From: a virus
Virus record (IMG/VR): IMGVR_UViG_3300032240_002557
Coordinates: 35,913-99,912 of that record
DNA: 64,000 nucleotides
Reading direction: 5' to 3' (one strand)
The position numbers and the translations under genes were made by a program. The notes beneath the pieces are model-generated. The model was given only the letters and a program-made list of their open reading frames with translations. It did not search any database and was not told where the DNA came from. Shown in pieces: positions 9,821-18,384 of the stretch. Position 1 is the stretch's first letter. Every line of letters begins with the position of its first letter.

Positions 9821-11218
9821 TTATTTTTTAAATCTAACTTCTAGTGCTTCTGAAAGATTTTTTAAATACTCGCTGGAAACACCTTTTGGTTGATTCTCTT
9901 GTTTTTGGGATTCGTCTATTCTTTCGACGTTTGCCTTAGATGCACCGATACCTCTTGTTGCCCAGAAATTCTGGATTTGATAAGGTGTGTCTAATTTATA
10001 GAATTTGCTCTGTGCCATGATTGAAGCTTTTTGACCCTCATTCATTGACTCCCAAGAGTTTCTATATTTTTCTGGCATAAGATCTAGGAATTTTTCACCT
10101 GATTGATTTTGCTCATTTAAGGTTTTACCCATGATATCAATTACCTCTTTTTCGGATGAGTAATTGCTCTCGTTAAGTGCTTTTGCTGCCTTTTGTTTTT
10201 GGCCTTCGTGCATTGCTAAGAATTGATCTTGATTCTCTTTGCTCATAAGCTTTAAGAAAGGATAATTTTTTTGCTCTGCTATTTGTTCTGTCTTTTGTTT
10301 ATTGACAGTTTCTAACAAGTTGTCTATTTTAGAAGAAATTCCAGTGTAATCACCAGCAAATCCTGAAGTGTTTGCACTTTCAGAAATAGCTTTAGTTACT
10401 GCTTCTTTAACTTCTTTTGTTCCGTTAGCTGTATTCACTGTTTCAGCAATGTATTCAGCATAACTAATATTGTTAGCTAATTTCTCAGCTAAGTATTCAC
10501 TGTAATGAAGTGATTTGTCTAAATTCTCACCTAAGTAATCAGAGTAAGCTAAACCTTTATCTAGGTTTTCTGCTAAGTACTCAGAATAAGAGATATTCTT
10601 ATCTAAGTTCTCTGCTAGGTATTCAGAATAAGCTAAACCTTTATCTAGGTTTTCTGCTAAGTACTCAGAATAAGAGATATTCTTATCTAAGTTCTCTGCT
10701 AAGTATTCTGCATAAGAAATGTTCTTATCTAAATTCTCAGCTACGTATTCTGTATATTTAATGTTTTTGTCTACGTTCTCTGCTACGTATTCTGCATAAG
10801 CAATAGATTGATCAACTTTCTCTGTTAAACCTTTAACTGCTGACATGTTGCTATCAACATTCTCTGCAATATACTCAGAATAAGAAATGTTATTGTCTAA
10901 ATGCTCTGCTAAATATTTAGCATAAGAAATAGATTTATCAAGATTTTCAGCAAGATATTTTGAATATGAAGTTGTGTCTTCTAAGCTTTCAGCTAAGTAT
11001 TCGCCATACTTAATAGAAGCTTCAAGGTTTTCTGCCAAATAATCAGCATATCTCTCTAACTTTTCTACTCTTTCCTCAAGGGAAGAACTTGCTTGTGTTT
11101 TAGAAGATTCTTTAACGCCTCTTAATGATTCAATAGACCCTTTAATAGTGTCCATTTCTTTTTTAATTAGCTTAGAATATCCATTCATTTCTTCCGCTGT
11201 AACGAAATTATTTTCCAT
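9821..11218 (-). CDS. Nested in-frame scaffold protein (465 aa, starts MENNFVTAEE)
   Basis: Internal ATG at 11218 in A/T-rich context after the protease domain; GATATATA at 11281-11288. Confidence 0.6.
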   Translation of the reverse strand: MENNFVTAEEMNGYSKLIKKEMDTIKGSIESLRGVKESSKTQASSSLEERVEKLERYADYLAENLEASIKYGEYLAESLEDTTSYSKYLAENLDKSISYAKYLAEHLDNNISYSEYIAENVDSNMSAVKGLTEKVDQSIAYAEYVAENVDKNIKYTEYVAENLDKNISYAEYLAENLDKNISYSEYLAENLDKGLAYSEYLAENLDKNISYSEYLAENLDKGLAYSDYLGENLDKSLHYSEYLAEKLANNISYAEYIAETVNTANGTKEVKEAVTKAISESANTSGFAGDYTGISSKIDNLLETVNKQKTEQIAEQKNYPFLKLMSKENQDQFLAMHEGQKQKAAKALNESNYSSEKEVIDIMGKTLNEQNQSGEKFLDLMPEKYRNSWESMNEGQKASIMAQSKFYKLDTPYQIQNFWATRGIGASKANVERIDESQKQENQPKGVSSEYLKNLSEALEVRFKK

Positions 11219-11893
11219 GATTAAATTCTTATTTGGCTCCTTATTTAGAAGCTTTTGTATCTTTTCTTGATCTTTTATTCTATATATCTTAAAATTAGAG
11301 TTTTCCTCTATTCCTAAGCTTTCATTCATTAAAGGAAGACCTTTTAAAATAGATTCATTTTTAATTTTTTCACTAACTTCGTGTCCAAGACTTTCATATA
11401 CTCTTTCTAATTGAGCATTTTCAAATCCAGGGTCAGCAACTAGATCGTAAGTAAAGATCTTCTTGATTTGTACTTTTTTGTTCTCTAACACATTACCAGC
11501 TGCTCTTGAAGAGATTGAAACTGGAATACCTGCATCAACTAAAGATTTAGCAATTTTACCTGCTGGTGTATCTAAAAGTCTTACTTTAATCCTTAATGTT
11601 CTATCGTTTTGATCATAGTTAAGTTCTTCAACTAGGTGAGAGATGTTCTTCAAAGAAACATCAAACTCTTTTGGGTGATCTAATTCACCTACTAATCTTT
11701 TTTGCTCTATCTTTTCTTTTAAATATTGCAAATGTGGAAGATACTCTCTTTCCTCGTAGATTCTTTGATTAGAATTCTCCTTACCGAAAACTGCTGCTAT
11801 CCCCTCAAGGAAATAGTCATTACCTGATTTTTCAGTCTTCAGGTTTTGCGAAGATTTTTCTAAGACTAAAACGAATTCGTTATTAAGGTTCAT
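9821..11893 (-). CDS. gp21: Prohead protease (gp21-like) fused to a scaffold/core protein
   Basis: LEGI, NQRIY, GELDHP, LDTPAGKI, ISSRAAG, TYDLVADPGF in the first ~165 aa, followed by 14-aa coiled-coil repeats. Confidence 0.9.
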   Translation of the reverse strand: MNLNNEFVLVLEKSSQNLKTEKSGNDYFLEGIAAVFGKENSNQRIYEEREYLPHLQYLKEKIEQKRLVGELDHPKEFDVSLKNISHLVEELNYDQNDRTLRIKVRLLDTPAGKIAKSLVDAGIPVSISSRAAGNVLENKKVQIKKIFTYDLVADPGFENAQLERVYESLGHEVSEKIKNESILKGLPLMNESLGIEENSNFKIYRIKDQEKIQKLLNKEPNKNLIMENNFVTAEEMNGYSKLIKKEMDTIKGSIESLRGVKESSKTQASSSLEERVEKLERYADYLAENLEASIKYGEYLAESLEDTTSYSKYLAENLDKSISYAKYLAEHLDNNISYSEYIAENVDSNMSAVKGLTEKVDQSIAYAEYVAENVDKNIKYTEYVAENLDKNISYAEYLAENLDKNISYSEYLAENLDKGLAYSEYLAENLDKNISYSEYLAENLDKGLAYSDYLGENLDKSLHYSEYLAEKLANNISYAEYIAETVNTANGTKEVKEAVTKAISESANTSGFAGDYTGISSKIDNLLETVNKQKTEQIAEQKNYPFLKLMSKENQDQFLAMHEGQKQKAAKALNESNYSSEKEVIDIMGKTLNEQNQSGEKFLDLMPEKYRNSWESMNEGQKASIMAQSKFYKLDTPYQIQNFWATRGIGASKANVERIDESQKQENQPKGVSSEYLKNLSEALEVRFKK
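10433..11050 (-). repeat. About 15 tandem 42-bp (14-aa) repeats, consensus YSEYLAENLDKNIS
   Basis: Visible in the translation; 10545-10617 and 10629-10701 are identical over 73 bp at an 84-bp offset. Confidence 0.95.
11281..11288 (-). promoter_or_regulatory. Intragenic late promoter GATATATA
   Basis: Exact motif 62 nt upstream of the internal scaffold ATG. Confidence 0.6.
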
Positions 11894-11913
11894 TCTAAGT
11901 TTTTTTATTTAAG

Positions 11914-11921
11914 TATATATC
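11914..11921 (-). promoter_or_regulatory. Late promoter GATATATA
   Basis: 20 nt upstream of the gp21 ATG. Confidence 0.8.
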
Positions 11922-11939
11922 CGTTTTTCGTTAAGCTTT

Positions 11940-14531
11940 TTATGGTTTAGGCATATTTGATGCCTCGGGTGCTTTCGAAGTAGATTTTTTGCCTTCTTCT
12001 TCGCTCTCTCCTTTTTTAACTATTTTAACACCCTGGTTAGCTAGATCAAGTTGTTCTTCTGTAATATCTTTGATATTTTCTGCTAGTTTACTCTCATTTG
12101 AGTTCAATCTATCAATAGCTTCTTTAACAAGTGTTAATCCATCAGAATAATTAACAGTATCTCCTTCCTCTAAACTTTTTGCATCAAAATCTGGGAAATT
12201 GTGGCAGTCTCTTTTTAGAGTTGAATGAATTTCTTCTATCTCTGATTCAAAAGTTTGCTCTTCACTTTTTGCGTACCTTTCTTTAAAATCTGCCCAAGCA
12301 GATATTGCTGCTGTTCTTTCTTTATTAGCGGTCCATGCACCTTTTAGTAAACAAAGTGTAGCCATAATTGCTTGAAGATCTTCTCTTGAAACGAATCCGT
12401 CTATTGTATTAATCATTCCTCTTGTTATCTTAAGCATACCTGCTCTTGAAATAAATCCATTACCAACTGATATTGCTACCTTTGTTCTGGTTCCCCACCA
12501 AGCTGTTCCCATTCCTGATAATGCGCCTGCTCCTACTGCTATAGGTACTGATCCAACTGCAAGTGCTGCTCCCCCACTAGCTGCTGCAGCTACCGTTGAG
12601 CCTAATCCAAGTGAAAGAGCTAAACCCCCTGTTGATGCTGCTGCAGAAGTTGCTGCTGCTCCCATTAAAGCACCAGATCCTGTTGTTACCGCTCCTATTG
12701 CACCGCCTACGCCTGTTGCTGTTCCTGCAGCTACTGCTGGAACTGCAGCACCTAATGTAAGTGCACTAGCAATTACAATTGCTGTTACAGCTCCTGTAAC
12801 TTCAGCAACCTGTAAGGCTGCCTCACCCGATGATTCGTCATAATTAATGACATAAATTCCGTTGTCTGCTGGTTTTAATCCTTGCCATTTCTTTTCCTCA
12901 ACTTTCTTATTATCATCATTATCTACTATTACGTCTTGAATTATTTTATCATCTTTATAAGTAGAACATACAGCATCAGCTATAGAAAGTTTATTTTTAT
13001 CGCTACTTCCTTCACCACTTACCTGAGGCTTGCTACCGACATTTTTTGCTTTATCAACTAAAGATTTTTCAGCATCTTTCACTGCGTCAAACACGCCTTC
13101 ATTAAGTATCTTAGAGAAACTATCAAAAGAAACGACTGATGTTCCTTCATTATATTCTGCTTCAAATATTTTGCTTTCTAATACTTTACTGTAATCTAAA
13201 GAATCTTTTACTGGTTTAACAGGTGCATCAATTGTTTGTATTACTCTTTGTCCTCCTACGATCTTATTGTGCATGTCCTGTGTTAATTCACCGGTTGCAC
13301 TAAATGCGGATGATTTTGTCAAGTAAGCATAATAAATATTAGCTAACTTAGATGTTACCTTACCGTATTTACCATCTGCTCCTCCTGCTTTGTTAATCAA
13401 TTCAGCAACACAAGGTCCAAGCTTCATTAAAGCCTCTTGTACCTCAACTACAACATCGCATTTAGTACTACTAATTTGAATAGGGAAAGCACAATCTGTT
13501 GTTGTAACAACATTATCATCTCCAGTTTTCTTCTTCTTTTTCTTCTTTTTGTTCGGATCAACTGTTGTTTCTGCTCCTTCTACACCTGTACTTGACTGTG
13601 CTAAAGCAACGCATTTTCCTTTATTAGGATCGTATGCTTGACCAACAGGACAAATAACTATAGGTTGTGGAGGTGTAGGAACGTTTCCTATTCTATATTT
13701 AAGCTTATTAAATTCTTCTCTCTGTCTTGTTATCTCTGTAAGAATGTTTTGTACTTGTACTTTAAAATCCGATCTTTTTAAATTTCCAGAAGCTGTAGGA
13801 ACCTTACCAGCTCCGAATAAACCTTTATTACCACCAATTGGCTGAATTTTTCTAGCTTTATCTAAGAGCTGTTGTGCTTGGTCTGAAAATCTTTGGATGT
13901 CTGCATTTCCTGCATATGCCTTATTGCCCATTGCTGCTGAGGTTTCACCAGCAAACGATGTTGCAGCATCTAAAGCATTCTTAGCATACTGTAAGAATTT
14001 ATTGTCTACTCTAACGTCTTGGGTTTGTCCTTCCTCACCGGTTAAGTCTGTTTGTTGCTCAGAAAGATATTTAGTTAAAAGACTTTCGTTTTGTTGAAGT
14101 TGAGCTTTATTAGCTTGTAAAGCAGAGATTGTAGTTCCTGCGTAAGCATTCATATCATCTAAAACCTTTTTAAAGTTTTTAGCGTCTTCCCCAACTAAAG
14201 GTTTTAATTGATCAAATAAAGTCCCTAAATATGTCTTTGTTTGTTGATAAGCAGCTTCTTGAGCTTTATCTTTCATAGCGTATTCGTCAATCTTCTTAAT
14301 AAATTCTTGTCTAAGACCATCGATAGAGCTAACTTGTAATAGTTTATCTACAAAAACTTTAAATCCATCAGGAGTTTTAATTGACTCGTCTGATCCCATA
14401 AGAATAACATTAACAAGAGTATCATAGATAGTTCTGCTAATTAATCCTGGGTTGTTTTTGGTCTCCTGTTCGTATAACTCTTTCTTTAGAGATTCGAAAA
14501 TAGGATTGTATCCGTTGTAAATTCCTGACAT
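11940..14531 (-). CDS. Large putative ejection/internal protein with a PG-binding-like motif and a long Gly/Ala hydrophobic segment
   Basis: GADGKYGKVT motif; ~110-aa nearly uncharged Ala/Gly/Val/Thr stretch; LYEQ, LSEQ, ILNEG sites; K8 run. Confidence 0.5.
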   Translation of the reverse strand: MSGIYNGYNPIFESLKKELYEQETKNNPGLISRTIYDTLVNVILMGSDESIKTPDGFKVFVDKLLQVSSIDGLRQEFIKKIDEYAMKDKAQEAAYQQTKTYLGTLFDQLKPLVGEDAKNFKKVLDDMNAYAGTTISALQANKAQLQQNESLLTKYLSEQQTDLTGEEGQTQDVRVDNKFLQYAKNALDAATSFAGETSAAMGNKAYAGNADIQRFSDQAQQLLDKARKIQPIGGNKGLFGAGKVPTASGNLKRSDFKVQVQNILTEITRQREEFNKLKYRIGNVPTPPQPIVICPVGQAYDPNKGKCVALAQSSTGVEGAETTVDPNKKKKKKKKTGDDNVVTTTDCAFPIQISSTKCDVVVEVQEALMKLGPCVAELINKAGGADGKYGKVTSKLANIYYAYLTKSSAFSATGELTQDMHNKIVGGQRVIQTIDAPVKPVKDSLDYSKVLESKIFEAEYNEGTSVVSFDSFSKILNEGVFDAVKDAEKSLVDKAKNVGSKPQVSGEGSSDKNKLSIADAVCSTYKDDKIIQDVIVDNDDNKKVEEKKWQGLKPADNGIYVINYDESSGEAALQVAEVTGAVTAIVIASALTLGAAVPAVAAGTATGVGGAIGAVTTGSGALMGAAATSAAASTGGLALSLGLGSTVAAAASGGAALAVGSVPIAVGAGALSGMGTAWWGTRTKVAISVGNGFISRAGMLKITRGMINTIDGFVSREDLQAIMATLCLLKGAWTANKERTAAISAWADFKERYAKSEEQTFESEIEEIHSTLKRDCHNFPDFDAKSLEEGDTVNYSDGLTLVKEAIDRLNSNESKLAENIKDITEEQLDLANQGVKIVKKGESEEEGKKSTSKAPEASNMPKP

Positions 14532-14542
14532 TTTAATTTTTT

Positions 14543-15295
14543 TTATTCGCTATAAATTTTGTCGTAAGAAGCTGATATTAGGTCGATCAGTTTCTGTATA
14601 TATCCTTCGTTTCTGAGCTTTTTGAATACCAAATTCTCTACGGAGAATTCCCCCCTCTCTGCTAATCCTTCTTTACGCATCTTCATGATCTGGCTTTTAA
14701 CTTTTTCTGAGTGTTCGTATAATTCTCTAGGGGTAATATCCGATTGATCGCTAGTCCCGTTTAGTAATGCCTGTAATTGATTTACATCATTAACAATACC
14801 TTCAAATTTGGTCTGTACGTCTCTCTCGTCTATCTGTGGAGGATTGTACTTAGGTACCCTGATCCAATCATTGTTTAATAGGGAGAATAGACCTGATGCA
14901 ACGTGTTGCTCTCTAATATCCTGGAGATAAAGCTCAACATCGTGCCCTCTTATAATTACGTTATGCCTTAGATTCCAAATGAATCTTTGACCGTCTACTG
15001 ATTTTTTAACTAAATCTATGTCCGGATTAATTTTAGAGAAGTCTATTAGAACATGAACGTCAAGATCTGATTTTTCTGTCCAATTATAATTTGCAAGAGA
15101 TCCTGTAAGTTGGATGTCTTCAATAGGAATGTCAAGTTTAAAAACTGCGTAAAATTCTTCAGCAATCTTAAGAAGCTTAGCTCTGACGCTTTGGTCAAAG
15201 TTTAAATTCTCCCAAAAGAGTGTATTCAATTCCCCTTGATAGAATTGATCCTCATTTAAAACCCAATTAGTAAAATTTTTGATGCGACTACCCAC
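14543..15295 (-). CDS. Pol-beta-superfamily nucleotidyltransferase with a capsid-targeting-like N-terminus
   Basis: LTGSLANYNW...SDLDVH (GS + DxD) and VELY; N-terminus IKNFTNWVLNE; GTG start. Confidence 0.75.
   Translation of the reverse strand: MGSRIKNFTNWVLNEDQFYQGELNTLFWENLNFDQSVRAKLLKIAEEFYAVFKLDIPIEDIQLTGSLANYNWTEKSDLDVHVLIDFSKINPDIDLVKKSVDGQRFIWNLRHNVIIRGHDVELYLQDIREQHVASGLFSLLNNDWIRVPKYNPPQIDERDVQTKFEGIVNDVNQLQALLNGTSDQSDITPRELYEHSEKVKSQIMKMRKEGLAERGEFSVENLVFKKLRNEGYIQKLIDLISASYDKIYSE
14597..14604 (-). promoter_or_regulatory. Intragenic late promoter GATATATA for 11940..14531
   Basis: Exact motif 65 nt upstream of the next ATG. Confidence 0.6.
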
Positions 15296-15311
15296 CTGAA
15301 TATTTTAGTAC

Positions 15312-15319
15312 TATATATC
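15312..15319 (-). promoter_or_regulatory. Late promoter GATATATA
   Basis: 16 nt upstream of the nucleotidyltransferase start. Confidence 0.75.
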
Positions 15320-15335
15320 CAGTAAGGGTTTATTG

Positions 15336-16040
15336 TTAGTCGAAAGAGAAAGATTCGTAGCACTTTATCAAGTACTTAACATCCATTTCGCAGTATTTCT
15401 TAATCTCTTCTATTCTTCCTGAGTGGAAATATGGGTGAACCATAGATCCGTCCATGTCATCTTTAGGTGATTCGTGGCCGAAAACAGAACACATTAGATC
15501 TAGAGATGAATGGGTTTGTCCATAACCACCAAAGGCAAAAACCTCTGAGATATCAATAACAGGAGAATCCCACGGTTTTCTGTTTAATTGGCCTATAATA
15601 GGGGAAGGATCTATTTTATTAATTATCATTCTTTTACCAACAAAAGGAATGTCAAAATTCTTAATCGTATGACCTCCTAATTTCCAACCTTTTGTCACTG
15701 CATTATTAAAGATCTTATTAGCATTGCTAAGGAGTTCGTTTTCTTCGCCAATGATTGATTGAATCTTAACATCATCTCCGCTGTATGCACCGAAGCTAAT
15801 GCAAACAACTTTAGCAAATTCTGGATGTAAGGAAGATTTTTCTAACCAAAGTTGATCCTCTGTAGCATCTTTGTATTCCTCGCCTGAATTCTTTCTAAGC
15901 CAAACACATCTTTTTTCCCAGATCTTAGCAAGCCTAGGATCCTCAGATTTTAAATCAGAAAAATTTTCATAGATACCTGCTGTCTCTATATCAAAATAGA
16001 GAATCTTTTTAAGTGTGCCTTTACTTATCATATTAGCCAT
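15336..16040 (-). CDS. Stand-alone DEDDy 3'-5' exonuclease (PolB-exonuclease-like)
   Basis: FDIET, GHTIKNFDIPF, YCEMDV. Confidence 0.8.
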   Translation of the reverse strand: MANMISKGTLKKILYFDIETAGIYENFSDLKSEDPRLAKIWEKRCVWLRKNSGEEYKDATEDQLWLEKSSLHPEFAKVVCISFGAYSGDDVKIQSIIGEENELLSNANKIFNNAVTKGWKLGGHTIKNFDIPFVGKRMIINKIDPSPIIGQLNRKPWDSPVIDISEVFAFGGYGQTHSSLDLMCSVFGHESPKDDMDGSMVHPYFHSGRIEEIKKYCEMDVKYLIKCYESFSFD

Positions 16041-16852
16041 TTTTTATCGATCCAAAAATTACGATCTTGTTTATCTTTAATAGGAACACAATTTTCTTTG
16101 TTAAAATAGAATTGCATCCATGCTTGAAATTCTTTACTCTTCTTCTTTTCTAAGTCTGCTTGGTTATACCAATCTTTGAATTGACCCCCTCCAAGCTCAT
16201 ATGATTCAACTATTATCTTCTCGGTCATATTGAAAAATTTCTCTCCAGCCCTGATAATATAATCACCGGCGGATAATCTTGGATCTAAATCTATTCTACC
16301 TAGAATTTCAGCTCTTAAATAATTTCCAACCCCGTTGAAATATTTTTGATTCATCATTACCTCATAAATAGGCTTTTGGAAGATTCTGTCTTTCATTAGA
16401 TTTCCTAGAATGTCCTTCTTGAAAAGTTCTGTCTCCTGAACAGGATCATGGCCTCTTTCAGGATTCCAACTGCGCCAATCCCAACGGGCAAATCTTCTGA
16501 CATCATTCATTCCTAAAACACCTCCGTCGCAATCCATAATCATGAAATGTGTATGCTTAGGTATTTCGAACATGCTTTTTGAATAATTCCAGTTCCCGCT
16601 CATACCCATTGTGAAAGTAAGATACTTGGAAGGATATGGTTTAAAGTTGCTTTTGGTTGATGCATCGATAAAATCTAGTCTTAATTCTTTCCCTCTAGAT
16701 TCTGCTCTGATTTGAAATTTTTGATATGGAGGGGTTAAATCTGTTTTGCTTTTATGCTCTGGATTTTTACCCATTCCGAGAAAATAATCAACGCCAGAAG
16801 CTACATTATTTATAAATTCTGACATAATCTTTACTTCACTGATTTCTGGCAT
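16028..16852 (-). CDS. nei: Fpg/Nei-family DNA glycosylase, NEIL1-like
   Basis: N-terminal MPE, RGKEL, GMSG, DVRRFARW, H2TH motif NQKYFNGVGNYLRAEIL; no 4-Cys zinc finger. Confidence 0.88.
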   Translation of the reverse strand: MPEISEVKIMSEFINNVASGVDYFLGMGKNPEHKSKTDLTPPYQKFQIRAESRGKELRLDFIDASTKSNFKPYPSKYLTFTMGMSGNWNYSKSMFEIPKHTHFMIMDCDGGVLGMNDVRRFARWDWRSWNPERGHDPVQETELFKKDILGNLMKDRIFQKPIYEVMMNQKYFNGVGNYLRAEILGRIDLDPRLSAGDYIIRAGEKFFNMTEKIIVESYELGGGQFKDWYNQADLEKKKSKEFQAWMQFYFNKENCVPIKDKQDRNFWIDKKWLI

Positions 16853-16868
16853 CTTTGTAGTGTTTTTA

Positions 16869-16903
16869 CAAATATAAAGAAAATCCCCGTGAAATTAAAA
16901 TGC
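16869..16903 (-). promoter_or_regulatory. Early (host sigma) promoter GCATTTT-N20-TATATTTG
   Basis: TATATTTG fits the Bacteroidota -7 consensus TAnnTTTG; identical spacing in four copies. Confidence 0.75.
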
Positions 16904-17673
16904 TATGGTTCAGGAAGGCGATTGTCGAAGACAAAATCAAGTTCTAGCCCAAAGGGTCTAGTATCTTCCCCGTCCAATTTAGTGCTGCCTGGAAGATATA
17001 CAAAGATAGGATTAACAGTTCTTTTCCATGTTGATGCAGCAAGGAAAAGTGATTCATTAAGTGTTAAATTTCCTTGGTTAGTGGGATATGCTGTGGATCT
17101 AAAAACAATTGGGATTTTAATTCTGTAAAAAACCCCAGGTAGTAAATCCTTTACCGAGAAAAGACTTGGCTTTTCGTCATTCACAACTGCAAGTCTTTTA
17201 ATATCTTCTTGAAGAAAAAGTGCTTCTACTTTTTTACAAAAATCGTCCATTGTTCCCCTTCTGTCACCTTTTGCCCCACCAATATGAAGAACGATTGGCA
17301 TTTCTTGATATTCTTTGACATCAAAGTTTTTTATGAATTCTAAACAGAGAACAATTTGGGAGTGAGCATCAGTAATCTCTTCGTCAGAATCTGATGTTAA
17401 ATACTTTTTGCCTTTTATGTAAAATGCTACCCTAACACCTTTGTCGTTAATATAATTATTCATAGACGATTTTGCGCTCTCCGATACATTGAAATCAAGC
17501 ACATCAAAATCATCATCTGTTATCTCAAAAACGAAGCATTCATATCCTATATTAATTCCTTCTGAAATCTTATTAAGAACAAAATCACAGAATGGTATAG
17601 TATAAGATATTTTCTTCCCCTTCTTAGAAGCAAGAGGAAATCTGACTAATATGCCGTTCTTTTGGTTACTCAT
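16903..17673 (-). CDS. Degenerate UV-damage endonuclease (UvsE/UVDE-like), probably inactive
   Basis: IVLHIGG, RLAVVNDEK..FSVKDL and IPIVF align with UvsE, but the metal ligands are replaced. Confidence 0.6.
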   Translation of the reverse strand: MSNQKNGILVRFPLASKKGKKISYTIPFCDFVLNKISEGINIGYECFVFEITDDDFDVLDFNVSESAKSSMNNYINDKGVRVAFYIKGKKYLTSDSDEEITDAHSQIVLCLEFIKNFDVKEYQEMPIVLHIGGAKGDRRGTMDDFCKKVEALFLQEDIKRLAVVNDEKPSLFSVKDLLPGVFYRIKIPIVFRSTAYPTNQGNLTLNESLFLAASTWKRTVNPIFVYLPGSTKLDGEDTRPFGLELDFVFDNRLPEP

Positions 17674-17677
17674 CCCT

Positions 17678-17706
17678 ATTATAATTTTTTGTTGCTAAAT
17701 AGTTTC
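17678..17706 (-). promoter_or_regulatory. Middle-type promoter GAAAC-N18-TATAAT
   Basis: -10 box ends 4 nt before the ATG, which suggests a leaderless mRNA. Confidence 0.65.
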
Positions 17707-18381
17707 GAATTCCTCAAGTGTCATCTTGGGCCAAGATTCAATCATACTTTCGGTTGAAAGGTTAGCTATTTTTACTCCTTTGGCTATTAGTGCTTTACCA
17801 AGTTCTGAATATTCGGTCACAGTCTGATCTATCTGTCTATTAACTATATGTGTTCCAGTTTCAGCAAAGAAATGATTTTGCGTGAAATCAACACCAACCA
17901 TAGCTATTTTAGATGCACCCATTTGGTATGCTATTATGATAGCCATATATGGTGAATTTGTTGTGTAGTCTATGAATCCATAATTTTGTAAATCCACACC
18001 CCCATATTTTCCAAGATTTAAAATCACCTTTTTAGAATCATCTATGGGTAAATTTGATAAATGAGTAAAAACCCATTCCGAAGTATTATCCTTTACGTAT
18101 TTCCAGCGATCCCACTTGAAAGTATTTGGTGTATTTACAACAACTAAATATTTACACCATACTTGCCTTCCTGCATCATTAACACCGATCGTAATATGAT
18201 TGTCAAAGCTATCGAAATTTTTTAAAGATGCGCCACACCCGCAAATAACAAAAGATCCATCCTTGTGGGCATTTATAAAATCCTTAAATCTTCCTAGATC
18301 TTTATGTTGAACCGAATTTTCAACCGGATTTATGTTCTCTTCTGGAAATGAAAGTTTTCTTCTAATTCTTTCTATTGACAT
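17695..18381 (-). CDS. Maf/DUF115-like putative glycosyltransferase
   Basis: ICGCGASL, IGVND, SPYMAIIIAYQMGASKIAMVGVDF, IANLS. Confidence 0.6.
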   Translation of the reverse strand: MSIERIRRKLSFPEENINPVENSVQHKDLGRFKDFINAHKDGSFVICGCGASLKNFDSFDNHITIGVNDAGRQVWCKYLVVVNTPNTFKWDRWKYVKDNTSEWVFTHLSNLPIDDSKKVILNLGKYGGVDLQNYGFIDYTTNSPYMAIIIAYQMGASKIAMVGVDFTQNHFFAETGTHIVNRQIDQTVTEYSELGKALIAKGVKIANLSTESMIESWPKMTLEEFETI

Positions 18382-18384
18382 CTT

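Noticed and set aside
10433-11050. CRISPR-like array
   Set aside because: The 42-bp units are contiguous, in frame, vary at synonymous sites and have no spacers; no cas genes are present
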